The notes beneath the pieces were generated by a model that was given only the letters and a program-made list of their open reading frames with translations, had not been told where the DNA came from and searched no databases. Source: Octopus sinensis (taxonomy: Eukaryota). From it: a stretch of DNA of 64,000 nt. The stretch is from positions 67,022,001 to 67,086,000 of the forward strand of contig NC_043001.1 in NCBI RefSeq assembly GCF_006345805.1, written 5' to 3'. Positions 12,048 through 24,807 of the stretch are shown in pieces (position 1 is the stretch's first letter; the number at the start of each line of letters is the position of its first letter). The position numbers were made by a program, and so were the translations under genes.

Positions 12048-12822
12048 TGTTATGGAAGGATTCCGACCACCACCATGTGACAAAGTTGATTATCACATTG
12101 CTATAAAATAAAGAACTGTCAGCAGTTCACTATGAGCTATTTACAGAGAGTGCTTAACCTCGTGTCACAGTAATTTTGTGAATACTTTTTTTCCCCTTGC
12201 TTCATTAAATTATATATCTAACACCAGGATATAAAAGTGGCAACGAGTTGTTTGAAGCTTATGCTGGACATTTAAAATGTTTTGTGGGTACTAAATCAAA
12301 GAATCATTTAGCATGGGGAACTCATTGGCCTCTGTGGTGTAGAATTGCAACAACAGCAAATTGTTGGAATTAATGTTGAAGAAGTCAGAAAATATTGCAG
12401 GTTCTTACTCACCAGACAGTGTTGCAAATTCAATTGATGAATTCAGTTTTAATCCAGAAGGGATTACCCTTTCTGCATATTTTCAATGATATGAAGAAAT
12501 CGTCAAAGAAGAATGTAGAAATTGGACAGACAAGAAAAAAGTATAACTACTTTTAAGAAAGTTATCCCTTGCCAAATGTGAAAAATATAGCAACTATATT
12601 CTGCCAAAGAAATCAGATGAGATTTGTTTCAATGAAACAATAGTTTATCAAATATTTTCAGTGAAAGAAGTTCTCTGCTCAATACTTGCTGACAGTGTTT
12701 AAATTTGGTCAAAAAAGATAATGAAGATTTCGTTACCTATGCTGGGATTGTTAATAGAGAGTGTGAAAAATTCAATTTAAATGAATTAACCCTGGACATG
12801 TTCAAATGTCTAATTTTTGTTC
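12048..12822 (+). mobile_element. Ty3/Gypsy-type remnant: 5' LTR (12048-12236), PBS-like site (12238-12247), degenerate gag (~12330-12822)
   Basis: LTR TGTTAT...ATAA(A)A followed by TGGCAACGAG. Gag-like NSIDEFSFNPEG and EDFVTYAGIVNRECEKFNLNELTLDMFKCLIFVQ with stops. A homologous LTR segment recurs at 13952-14064. Confidence 0.7.
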
Positions 12823-13639
12823 AAGAAGAGGTGGAAGAGAAAGAGGTAACAAGAAAGAAAGATGATAAAAATGAGGTGGACAAATAATTGAGGTGTGTGA
12901 CAATGAGTCAGAGAAGGAAGAAGCAGGTATGAGGATGACAGGTGAATTGACGGAAGATTCAGGAACTCAACTACAAGAAGATGAGACGGAGAAAGAGAAG
13001 GTCCCAGACCCAGAGAGGAGTGTAGAGGAATCTATAATAGGAGGGGTAGCAGAGGAAAAAAGGAGAAGCCGAGAGGAGGGAGGAACTAATGGGATTTTGT
13101 GACCTATTCTAAGAACAAGGAGGTGGAGAAGGAAGTCGTAAAGTTCAAGCACATCATAAGGGTAAAGTTTCCCAAGGACGTGTACCCAGAGAGTGTGAAG
13201 GCCATTGTGGTTGAAAGGGAAACCTATAAGAAACTTAGAGACATGTGCAGGGATAGAATTGACCCGGCCAGAGCATTGGTGAAGTTCAATGAGCTGCCAC
13301 CACTGTTAGAACTGGAGCCGAATAGAAGACATTAAAAGGGGGGAAAAAAGTAAAATTATTTTGTTTTTTAAAAAAAAAAAGAAGAAAAAAAAGGAAAAAA
13401 TTTTGGAAAAACAACGATAATTAAGAAAAGAAAAAAAAACAGATAGTGACAAGACTGTGTGTACAAACGTTGAAATGGTATTGCATGAGGAGTGGGGCCC
13501 ATGCAGCCATTTCATCTTTCATTATTATATAATATTCATACTCATTCATTTTATGTTTATTGTCCCCACTGTGGTGTTGTGTCTGTCCTTATAGTGTCCC
13601 CTCTGTGTTAGAGGCCTGTGTGCCAAAATAAAGAAATTA
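12823..13639 (+). mobile_element. Tx1/L1-like element 4a: 3' part of an ORF1-like frame plus 3' UTR, no ORF2
   Basis: Acidic/basic coding remnant ending at TAA 13335. 3' tail tgtcccc...ggcctgtgtgccaaaataaag resembles tails of elements 23454-24807 and 41980-43373. ORF1 assignment rests mostly on the tail. Confidence 0.5.
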
Positions 13640-13655
13640 AGCAGTTCACTGTGAG

Positions 13656-13951
13656 AACATACATAAAATTGTTTTGTTGAAAGAAAAAGAAAAAGTGTTT
13701 CCTGGAAAAAAAAGAGGAAATAAAGATGATTAAGAAAAAACAATAGAAAAATAGAACGATTGTAAATGGTGTATATAAACGTTCAAATGGTACCGCATAG
13801 GAATGGGGCCCATGCAGCCATTTCATTTTTTAATTTTTATATAACATTTCATTCTCATTCGTTTTATGGTTTATGTCCCCATTGTGGTGTTGTGTCTGTC
13901 CTTGTAGTGTCCCCCTCTGTGTTGTGGCCATAGTGCCAAATAAAGAAAATA
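13656..13951 (+). mobile_element. 5'-truncated related element 4b flanked by a 16-bp direct repeat AGCAGTTCACTGTGAG
   Basis: The 16-mer occurs at 13640-13655 and 13952-13967. The enclosed sequence is a diverged relative of the 4a 3' UTR. Confidence 0.65.
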
Positions 13952-14064
13952 AGCAGTTCACTGTGAGCCATTGACAGAGAATGTTTAGCCTTGTGTAATA
14001 ATATTAGTAGTGCATTGTGTGAATACTTCATTCAATTACACATCCAACACCTGGATATAAAATG
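13952..14064 (+). mobile_element. 3' portion of a second Gypsy LTR copy
   Basis: Aligns by eye with 12122-12236 (agcagttcact.tgagc...gtgaatac...aacacc.ggatataaaa). Confidence 0.65.
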
Positions 14065-14181
14065 TGTAAATGCATATATATATATATATAATATATATAT
14101 ATATGTATATATATGTTTATATACATAAGTTCCAATGCACAAGACTTTGCTTATCCAACACCTGGATATAAAATGTGTAAA

Positions 14182-14207
<26 letters not shown>

Positions 14208-14215
<8 letters not shown>

Positions 14216-14319
14216 ATAGAGGGCATTATTACACATAAATGCCTCACACTAGGAGGGAAATGACTTTGTCCCTCCTAGTGTGAGGCATTTATGTGTAATA
14301 ATGCCCTCTATACAATATA
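14208..14319. repeat. Perfect ~51-bp inverted repeat with a 10-nt loop (14259-14268)
   Basis: tatattgtatagagggcattattacacataaatgcctcacactaggaggga-aatgactttg-tccctcctagtgtgaggc...tacaatata. Confidence 0.95.
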
Positions 14320-14669
14320 GATATAATTAATTTGTTCAAAAGAAAAAAATTATTTTCGAATTCTTTTCTTTTACGAGGTTTTCACGCTAGCTACCCGATA
14401 ATTTCTTGTTAAGATCCCTTATTAAGAGATTATCCTTAATTGTTAATATATATATATATATATATGTTTATATACATAAGTTCCAATGCACAAGACTTTG
14501 CTTCCCTGAGTTACTCTGTAATATTGGCCAGTTGACAAAAATAATTGTATATACACATGTTCTGAGTCCTATTTTCCTGTTTGTGTCACCAAACCTATGT
14601 GTGTGTGTTTGTGTATATACACATACATATATACATGTATATATGTTTACATGTGTGTGTGTGTGTGTA

Positions 14670-15876
14670 TTGGGTCATCCCATAAATAATGCGATTTTTT
14701 TCAATAACATGAACTAAAAATCGGAGGGGGACAGGATAAACTGCCTGCATCAACTTGCTACAGTTATTTTTTCAAAGCTATAATAGAAGTAACAAAGGAG
14801 CATATTCAGCATATTTTGTTTTATGAGCTCCATAATGGCAACAACACAGTGGAAAGTATGAGGAATATTAATGCAGTGAATGGGGATCAGACAATAAGCA
14901 TAAGCCAGTGTCATTGGTGGTTCCAGAAATTCCAAGCCAGAGACTACAGCCTAGAAGATGAGCCTCATCCTGGAAGATCTGTAGAAATCAAAGAGGACAT
15001 CCTGCAAACCCTGGTGGAACAAAACCCAATTGTAACTGTTGAGGTACTAGCAGAGAAGCTTGGATTTGTTCATTCAACCATTCATCGACACCTGCATGTC
15101 ATCAGAAAAGTCAGCAAATTGGGTCAATGGGTTCCTCACAAGCTTTCCAAATCTAACCATGCACAGAGTAAATGTATGCTCTTCTTTACTGTCACATCTC
15201 ACAAATGAACCTTTTTTTGGACCAAATAATGACTGGTGATGAGAAATAGGTTCTCTATAAAAATGTCAATTGTCGAAGACAGTGGGTAAGGAGAGGAGAA
15301 ACACAGGCACCCCAGGTTAAAGAAGGTCTTCACCCACATAAGGTGTTGTTATCTCTTTGGTGGGATGTGAAAGGTTTAGTCTACTTTGAACTTTTAAACC
15401 CAAACCAAACAACAACGAAGGAGATCTACTGTGAGCAGCTTGAATGGCTTAAGTCAGCACTAGAAGAAAAACAACCGTTTTTGGTTTCAAAACAAAATGT
15501 ATTCTTCCATCAGGATAATGCTTGGCCACATACAGCAGGGATGATATTCCAAAGGCTGGAGCAGTTTGAATGGGAAACAATGCTCCACCCTCTATATTCA
15601 CCGGACATTGCCTCATCTGATTATCATTTATTCCATAGTCTTCAAAATCATATGGACAGAAAAATATGAATTCTGTAGGCGAGGTCAGAACAGTACTGGA
15701 GGAGTATTTTTCATCATGGACAAGTGAAGTTTAGAAGAGGGACCTTGCAAGTCTACCGGGTAGATGGAAGAGCATTGTAGAAAATGAAGGAGAGTATATT
15801 TTAGATTAAAAAAGAATCTTAACTTTGAAATATAAAAGAAGTATAAAAAAGCCACATTATTTATAGGATGACCCAA
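14670..15876 (+). mobile_element. mariner (DD34D) transposon, full length, transposase pseudogenised
   Basis: TIRs TTGGGTCATCC(C)ATAAATAATG / CATTATTTATAGGATGACCCAA, TA on both flanks. Motifs WVPHKL, TGDEK, HQDNA, YSPDIASSDY; frameshifts and stops present. Confidence 0.95.
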
Positions 15877-16649
15877 TATATTTGTATACAAACACACACA
15901 CACACACATTTATACATATACATACATGCATAGAAACACAAACACACACACACACACACACACATATTTATGTGTATATATATATATATATACACACACA
16001 CATATGTATACATTCACACTCAGATATATCTATATATATAAGGGTTTTAAAGTAATGCTACAAATGGCCTTAACTGTTATTATTGAAACCAAGTCAAGAA
16101 CTAAAGATATGTGTATGTACATATATGTAGTTTAGAATATATCTATAAATAAGTGTAAACACACATACACAGCAATAATAGTTTGCTTATTTCTTTCCAT
16201 TGCTATGAGTAAAGCATTATTCCAAATTCCAAGTTAAATATTCCATGACAAATGTAATAATCTTTGTATTTATGTATGTATTTTTGACAATTTGAAATCA
16301 TGATCTTCACCCACCTCCTTTAATGCATTTGCATTCAAACAGATAAACACATATGCGTTCATAGACACACATATACATATGCATGTACAAACATCTTTTT
16401 CTTTTGTTTCTTTGGCATATTTTATATCATGAACTTTCAAGATAATATCCACTGTGCTAGTTTGTTTTTATATATATAAGATGCATTCTAGTCACCAACA
16501 TCATGTTAGGTAATGATGGAATCAGATTATATATATATATATATTAGAGAGAGAGAGGAAGAAGCCACTGTTTGTATCAGACATATACTAATTACATATG
16601 CGCATGCCCATACATACCTACGTATAAAGTTCATAATTTAATAAGGGCA

Positions 16650-16661
16650 TATATATATATG

Positions 16662-16695
<34 letters not shown>

Positions 16696-17130
16696 TTATA
16701 CATACATATATATATACATGCATAGATATATATATACGTATATATATACATGCATACATATATATATATACATATATATGTATGTATGTATATATATATA
16801 TATACATACATATGTATATGTATATATATATATATACATACATATGTATATATATATATGTATATATATGTTTGTATGTATATACAAACATATATACATA
16901 CATATATATATACATATATACATACATATATATATATACATAAATACATACATATATATATATACATATATATATACATACATATATATATATATACATA
17001 CATATATATATACATATATATATATATACATACATATATACATATATATATACACACATATATATATATATATATATATACATACATATATATATATACA
17101 TATATATATATTTATATAGAGATACACACT

Positions 17131-17197
<67 letters not shown>

Positions 17198-17212
17198 TTC
17201 AGAGTTGGCACT
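16650..17212. repeat. Long compound (TA)/(TACA)/(CA) microsatellite, ~560 bp
   Basis: Seen directly. Source of the many YI/IY pseudo-ORFs in the track. Confidence 0.95.
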
Positions 17213-17214
17213 GT

Positions 17215-17720
17215 CAATGTAGGCACACTGCAAGGTAGGTCTAGTGAGATTGTTGAGATGCTTGAAAGGAGACAAGTTGATATATGCTGGGTACAATAGG
17301 TAAGATGGAGAGGAGCTTCAGCTAGGGTCCTCACAGGCAAGGCACATAGGTATAAAGTCTTCTGGCAAGGTAACCTGGCTGGAGTAGGGGGTGTAGGCAT
17401 ACTCCTTGCGAAGAAATGTGTGGATAAAGTCATAAAGGTTGTCAGGGTATGCGATATAGTGCTTAAGCTCAGGCTAGCTCTGCAGAACAGCACAGCTACA
17501 ATCATCTCTGCCTATGCCCCACAAGTGGGGCTACCAAATGATCAGAAGGACCACTTTTATGATACCCTTCTACAGGCTATCTCAAAGATGAGTAGCAATG
17601 AGTAGATTTTTAATGGGCATGTTGGGCAGAAATCCGGTATCTTCACTGCTGTACACGGGGGCCATAGTATTGTTTCCCAGAATGATGAGGGAACTAGATG
17701 ACTGGAGTTCTGAAATGCAT
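17215..17720 (+). pseudogene. RTE LINE apurinic-endonuclease (APE) fragment
   Basis: [36 protein letters not shown], with stops. Confidence 0.85.
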
Positions 17721-17721
17721 G

Positions 17722-20700
17722 TAACATTTTTATCCTTTCTGATCAGCGTCACCACCCCTCGCCTTGCAGACTTGGGAATTCTCCCATTCTGCTGCCAATG
17801 GGTGTAAACACTGGCCAGCAGGTGCTTGAACAAGTCTAGTATCATCATCATCATCATCGTTTAGCGTCCGCTTTCCATGCTAGCATGGGTTGGACGGTTC
17901 AACTGGGGTCTTGGAATCCAGAAGGCTGCACCAGGCCCAGTTTGATCTGGAAATGTTTCTACGACTGGATGCCCTTCCTAACGCCAACCACTCCGTGAGT
18001 GTAGTGGGTGCTTTTTACATGCCACCGGCACAGGTACCAGACGAATCTGGCAAACGGCCACGATCGGATGGTGCTTTTTATGTGCCACTGGCACGGGGGC
18101 CAGGCGAGGCTGGCAACGGCCATGAACGGATGGTGCTTTTTACGTGCCACAGGCATGGGGGCCAGGCAAGGCTGGCAATGGCTACGAACGGATGGTGCTT
18201 TTTACATGCCACCGGCACGAGGCCAGTCGGGGCAGCGCTGGCAACAGCCAAGTTCGGATGGTTCTCTTACGTGCCACCGGCACTGGTAACTCAGCTGCAA
18301 TTTCCATTCATCGATTTCAATTCTCATTCTCACTTGCCTCAACAGGTCTTCACAAGTAGAGTTTTGTGTCCCAAGAAGGGAAGGTATGCATAAGTGGGCT
18401 GGCTACATCCCATGTAGAAGGCCACGGGTTATGGTCTCACTTGTCCTGCCGGGTCTTCTCACGCACAGCATACTTCCAGAGGTCTCGGTCTCTAGTCATT
18501 TCCTCAGTGAGACCTAAAGTTTGAAGGTCATGCTTCACCACCTTGTCCCAGGTTTTCCTGGGTCTGCCTCTTCCACAGGTTCCCTCAACCGCTAGGGTGT
18601 GGCACTTTTTCACACAACTATCTTCATCCATTCTCGCCACATGTCCATACCAGCGCAAACGTCTCTCTTGCACACCACATCTGATGCTTCTTAGGTCTAG
18701 CTTTTCTCTCAAGGTACTTACACTCTGTCGAGTATAAATACTGACATTACACATCCATCAGAGCATACTAGCTTCATTTCTTGCAAGCTTACACATATCC
18801 TCAGCAGTCACGGCCCATGTTTCACTGCCATGTAGCATGGCTGTTCGTACACACGCGTCATACAGTCTGCCTTTTACTCTGAGCGAGAGGCCTTTTGTCA
18901 TCAGCAGAGGTAAGAGCTCTCCGAACTTTGCCCAAGCTATTCTTACTCTAGCAGTTACACTTTCAGCACACCCGCCCCCACTGCTGACTTGGTCACCTAG
19001 GTAATGGAAGCTATCAACTATTTCTAGTTTTTCTTCCTGGAAAGTGACAGAAGTTGGTCTCAGAGCATTTTCAGTGTTAATTGTTCCTGAGCATCTGCCA
19101 CATACAAAAACCATCTTCCTAGTTAGCCTTCCTTTGACATTGCTGCACCTCTTATGTGTCCATAGCTTACACTTGGTACATCTTATAGAGTTTCTACCTA
19201 CACCTTTTCTACAGATCAAGCAGGGCCACCTACCTGAAGGCGTTTGTGATTTGTCTACCTTCCTACTTATTAGGACTTTGGTTTTAGCTAGATTGATTCT
19301 AATCCTTGCTTCCACACCTGAAACTTCTCCTCCAGTTCTGATAGTGACTCAGCAATTAGAGCAAAGTCATCAGCATAGAGGAGCTCCCAAGGGCATCCTG
19401 TCTTGAATTCCTCCGTTATTGCCTGGAGGACTATGATAAATAGGAGGGGGCTGAGGACTGAGCCTTGGTGGACCCCTACCTCTACCCGGAATTCTTCACT
19501 GTACTCGTTGCCAACCCTTACTAGCAGCATCCCTGTACATGGCTCGCACAGCACTCACTAACCATTCATCTATCCCTAGTTTTCTCATTGACCACCAGAT
19601 AAGGGATTGGGGGACCCTGTCGAAGGCTTTCTCCATGTCAACAAAAGCCAGGTACAGGGGTTTATCTTTGGCTAGGTATTTCTCCTGCAGCTGCCTTACC
19701 AGGAATATAGCATCAGTGGTACTTTTCCCTGGCACGAACCCAAACTGCATCTCATCTAAACTAACTCTCTGTAACCTTCATTACCTGATCCAACAGCTTA
19801 ATACCTCTGTAATTATTTGTATCTAGGGCGTCACCTTTACCTTTGTAGCAGTTGACTATTATACTGCTACACCACTCATTGGGTATGACTCCTTCGTGTA
19901 TCACCTGGTTAACTATATGGGTGACTAGGCTATAGCTGACCCTACCAGATATTTTGAGCATCTCTGCAGTGATTCCTGATGGGCCTGGGGCTTTCACTGT
20001 CTTCATGCTTCTAATTGCCTTAACTACCAAGGAACTGTCAACTCAGATAGCTGGTCCCTCTGTTGGGTCAACTTTCGGCAGACTCTCTTTATCCCACTCA
20101 TTTTCTTTATTCAGCAACCTTTCATAGTGGCGTCTCCAAACCTCTCTCTTTGCATCCTCATTTAGCGCAAGTGAACCATCTTCCATGCGAACACACTTCT
20201 CTCCTACCACATCACAATTCTCTCTCACACACTGTCTTGCAACGCGAAACACCTCCAGTCTTTGGCCCTCACGGCGCAGAACATTGGCAAATTTTTTCTA
20301 TAAAATTCATAGGGTAGACCTTCGAGACCCAGCAACTTCTCCCCGGAGCATTCGCCCAGCACCTCGATTACCTCCTCGGCTGTGACTGGCCCTTCACAGC
20401 ACTCAGCCTCTCGCACCGAGAGACATGGGCTGCCAGACAGGAAGTCCCTAAGGGCCTCACCATGATCCAGCCTCCCGCTCCTCCCGAACAACTCAGCAAA
20501 GTGTTTGTAAAGCGCCTCACACATCTCATCCTGTTCTTCGACCGAACTCCCTCTATCGTCAGTCAGAGACCTAATTGTGGCATAATTGTCACGCTGAGTT
20601 TCTACCGTACGGGTCCATCCGGCGACATTAATTCCTTCACGGCCCAATGCTCGCACTTTAACCCGGACTCTACATCCCTCATGTTTGGCTTTGAGGTGAC

Positions 20701-23444
20701 GGTCCAAGGCCGTTCTTGCTGCCAAAATGTGGGATGCAGAGCCCAACCTCAATGCCTCCTCTAAGTCCTTAACTAGTTTCTCTTCTAGTCTCTTCTTGTC
20801 TAGTCTTAGCTGATGGATAAACCTAACAGACTCGAAACAAATGGCTCTTTTGAGGGTGAACCACCACCAGTTATTAACCACGGAGCCAGTTAACGCCCTC
20901 TGTACTAATTCCTTAATCCGGCTACGGTATGCCTCACAAGTCAAAATAGACTTGTTCAGCTTAGTAACTGCACTATCTACGTTCAGCCTACACTTAACCA
21001 TTCTATGGTCCGTGTAGGATACCTGAACAAGCTGTGGACAACTAAAGCTAGCCTTATCTCTAGCTCTTATTACTGTCCTATCTAAGTCACCATTTATTCA
21101 GGTCCACAATGGGACATTCGGATAGTCAAGTCTGTAATGATCTGCTAGCTGAAATCGCTTAAGCAGATCTATGAGACGTGAGTTCGTTTTCCTATCAATC
21201 GAGCCAACATTATCAATGCGTGCGCTTATGAGAAAGTTCTCTAGGCGCCGATAAAAATCAGTTTGTAATCCTCTAGCACAGGGAGCATAGATTACGATCA
21301 ACCTGAAGGCTCTACCACTGTACATTATATCAAGGACGACCAGCCCACCTTCAGGGTTCACATAGACTGTGCTTGTCTGCAAAGTCAAGCCTTTTTGGAC
21401 GAGTACTACTACACCCACCGACCTCCGGTCTGGCTAGGAGACATGATTTTCTCATAGCCATTCAGGAGGGGCAAGAAGGTTTGTAAACTGTCCAGCTTGG
21501 TCTCTGTACCAACCATCACATGTATATCACGTGATCAAAGGTCGGTGAGGAGGCAAGCTTGCTTACATTTAAGGACCCCAAGTTAAGTGAAACCATAAAC
21601 ATGGGGGGAAAAACAAAGGCTCAACTTACCCTTACTTGGAGATGCTGGGGCCAACCTCACCAAATGTCAGTCGGCCTCCTCCTTTCTCTCCTTCTCCGGG
21701 CATTCGAGCGAGTCTGTGGCCCTCCTGATGACTCTCAAACACCTATCCTTCATCTGCCTGATTAGGTTTTCCCCCATCCAAGTATGTCTCCTATGTGTGT
21801 CATTTAGATTCAAAAGTTTCACTGTAATGTGTTGTGGAATTTGTCCTTCCAAATAATTGTTTTTAGAGTCATATTCAATTAAAATTGTTTCTTCATTCTT
21901 TTGCGATTTTTTATATGGGGCAGCGGAGTGGGGTCTTTTTTATCTGTGATGTATGGTTGTCTTTTTTTTTCCTGTGGGAGATGTGGGTGGGGAAGCTGCA
22001 TGTGAACGTTTGCGCATTGTCATGACTTCCCCTTCGGACACCTCCATGGTGTCGTCTGGACACATTGTGTTTGAAACACAAGGTGCCTCAGAAATCAGGT
22101 GGACAGGGTTTTTAAAAATTAATGTGGGGGTTTGGTGTCTGTAACAGTTTTTTTCCTCTTTTTTCTTGTTTTCCTCTTCTTTTTATTTCACAATCGCTTC
22201 GAATGTGGTCTTTTTTTTCTACATTTGAAACAAGTAACATTTTTGCCCTCTGCTTGAACTTGGAGGGTTACTTTCCCACCCACGCATACCCAGTCCAGAA
22301 GGTTTTCAATGTCTTCCGGTTTCCCTTGGATTGATGGCTGAAACGCTCTGTCTTGTCCAGTACTGGGAGGCAGAGCATGAAATCTGGAGGAATTGTGTTT
22401 TGTCTGTCCTGTTATACAACAGGGCAGCCATCACCCCCCAAGGGTCTATTTCCAGCAGCACATCTGTCACTCACACGAGAAAGTACGTCTTCCCCTGTAA
22501 GAAGGCAGAAGTGCCACATCCTTCGTCTTCAAGGGGCTAACCGAGTATTCCTGTACCGACTTCTCCGTCTTGAAACGTACTTCAATGGTTGCATAAACCT
22601 CACCCCTTGCAATATGAGTAATATCATTCCACACCGGGGCGAGGCATTTCTCAATAATATTTTCTTTGAGATATTTAAAACGTCTTCCTTCCATACAGAA
22701 GGATCTGAAGACCACAGTTCTCTTCTCTATTTCTTCAGTATCCAACCCGGGCATTATTTTGATACCCCTGTCTTCCTCCTTCATCCTGGAAAAATATTCT
22801 TTCAAATCTTCATTGTTCAACACAATGGTCTTTGTTTCCATGGCAGCAACATAGCAAAGTTTTTGCTATTAACACTACTCTCATTGAGAGTGCTTTCTTC
22901 AGAATTTTTTTCTTTTAAAATTTCCACCGACATGCTTGGTCAAAATTATAGATGTACAAAAAACAGTTTTGTAAATTGTTCACCAATTAGTTTCGATCTT
23001 GCCCCACCCACTTTACGGGGCAAGGCACAAGAAAAAACCTATGACGGCTTGAAAAAAGTTTCAATTGTACAAAAAAGTTTTTTGACTTACCTTCTCGATT
23101 AAGAAGCAGAAAACAATCCAAAGTACACGTAATCCACACAAATGGTACTAATGTACACAAATAGTTTATTCGCAATAACAATGAAACTTGCCCCTGCCTT
23201 TGGGGGGTGCGTGGCACAGAAAAAAGCTTACAATGGCTTGAAAAAAAGTTTCAATTCCCAATTAAAGTTAAGAAGGTTTTTATACCTTATCTTCTCGATA
23301 GGGAATCATAAAAATCAAAAAAGCACGTATATCCACAAGAACAGCACTCCAACGAACACAAACAGTTAATCCAAAATGACAAGGTACGTCTTACTTGCTC
23401 AAAAATGGTGACAACAGTAACTGGAAACACTCTCCAAAACGGAG
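17722..23444 (-). mobile_element. Tx1/L1-clade LINE (element 1), 3'-truncated and split by an RTE insertion
   Basis: 5' UTR with ~190-bp repeats, then ORF1 (ORF 22467..22841 and a frameshifted CCHC knuckle CFKCRKK.HIRSDC near 22190-22233). ORF2 APE (LGSLNV, RLIVIYAP), linker and RT start GLEGLPYEFY at ~20300 resume as LDLFKHLLASVY...IPKSARRGVVTLIRKD at 17722-17840. Confidence 0.8.
17841..20298 (-). mobile_element. RTE LINE, 5'-truncated: RT domain, 3' UTR with ~57-bp tandem units, (GAT)n tail
   Basis: Frameshifted ORFs contain KAPGPSGI, NYRGIKLL, QFGFVPGKST, VDMEKAFDRV, GVHQGSVLSP, YADD, RLRWYGHVARM; stop at 18437; tail at 17841-17858. Confidence 0.92.
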
Positions 23445-23453
23445 GTAAGCAAG

Positions 23454-24807
23454 TGATTTTATTTCAATGATTTTGCCATAAAGTCATAACATAGTGGGGA
23501 CACTATAAAACATGTGAGGACATATAACAATTAAAAATATGTAAAAATACAATATGATACTGTGAGCGACATGAAAATGAACATAAGGAAATAAATTAAG
23601 GTTATGACAACATGCATGATATCTGAAAATGAAAATATGATGAGTCAGCTACTCACCCCACACTGAGTAACACCACTCGCAGCCTCTGAGTCCTAATTCC
23701 TCTTTAGTCACTGGTCAAGTCCTATTACCACTCACTATTGCTCAATGACAACATTCTTTCGTAACCTTTTTCACCGGGGGAGGGGGTCTTCTAAATTCTG
23801 TGGGGTCTTCTCTTTTTTCTTTTTCTTTTTTTCTTGTGGGGAAATGGGGTGGGTGGGTTTGGTGTCTGTATGGGGAGGGTGGGTCTGAGTGGTCTTCGGT
23901 GGGATGTAGTTGGACTGGGGTTCCACATCACACTCAGTGCTCTTTCTTTTCTTCCTCTCTTTTCTCCTCCGTCTCCACAACTGGTTCATCTGTTGTTTCA
24001 TCTATTGTTTTCTTCTGTAGAGGGCAGTGTGCTCTAATGTGGCCCTTTTGGCCGCATTTAAAACAACGCGGGGCTCTGCCCTCCACCCACACTCTTTACA
24101 CAATTTCTCCCAACATCACCGTCTCTGCCAGACTCTCTAGTTGTTTCCCCTCCGCTTGCAAGATGAGGTCCAGTGATTTCCCTCTTCATCCTCCTTCTTC
24201 CGTTTCCGTGGTTTGGAAACAAGGATGGCTGCCATAACCCAAGCCACTTCTGTATCAGGTGGGATTGCTTCCACCCCTAACTTGAAAGTCTTTCTTCCAA
24301 GATATGTGGGCAGAAGCACCACCTCTTCCTTCCTTGCAGCCACATTCGCCAGCTTCCTCACCTCTTCCACTGTCCCGTATTTACGTCCTTTGGTTATATA
24401 CATAATTTGGTCCGACTGTTTCCTTTGCTCTTTTTCTATTATTTCCACTTCCACCTGTTCAGCTTTTTTGTTCTTCAGCGAGTGCACCCTATAGGTGATA
24501 GTCTCCATTGGCTCCATAATACTTTTAGGCGGCGACAACTTCACGTCGCCACCCACCTTCTGCATCCTTTTTTACATATTCCTTCAGTTCAGCCAGGTCT
24601 ACGTCTTTTCTCTTCACCTCCGCCCCCTCAGAAAAACTTCCTGTTTTCTCCAATATTCCGTGCATTCTTCTCACTGCCTCCAGCAGCTCTTCCTCCGATG
24701 AAGACAACTCAGACCCGCTAAGATCTGAGTACATTGTCTCTCAACACAGCAAGAAAAACTAACGTCCGACACAAACAACAAAACAAATGAATTCTGGGTA
24801 ACCAGAA
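23454..24807 (-). mobile_element. ORF1-only Tx1-like retroelement (element 2), apparently complete, with a 9-bp TSD
   Basis: ATG 24734 to stop 23771 over two frameshifts. Intact CCHC knuckle CFKCGQKGHIRAHC at 24024-24065. 3' UTR ends in AATAAA; no EN/RT. GTAAGCAAG flanks both ends (23445-23453 and 24808-24816). Confidence 0.8.

Noticed and set aside
16572-17505. Long ORFs rich in Y/I/H/T/C/V (up to 269 aa), and similar ones at 7-222, 5342-5803, 11435-11897, 39044-39551, 51448-51855 and 55283-55822
   Set aside because: Translations of (TA)n, (CA)n and (TACA)n microsatellites, which lack stop codons.
17995-18290. ~57-bp repeated units resembling a CRISPR array (also 31450-31730 and 63560-63790)
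   Set aside because: Degenerate tandem units in the RTE 3' UTR with no unique spacers and no cas genes, in a eukaryotic context.
22353-23102. 249-aa plus-strand ORF (also 23800..24237, 42594..43025, 20462..20764)
   Set aside because: Antisense to Tx1 ORF1/ORF2, with no independent motif.
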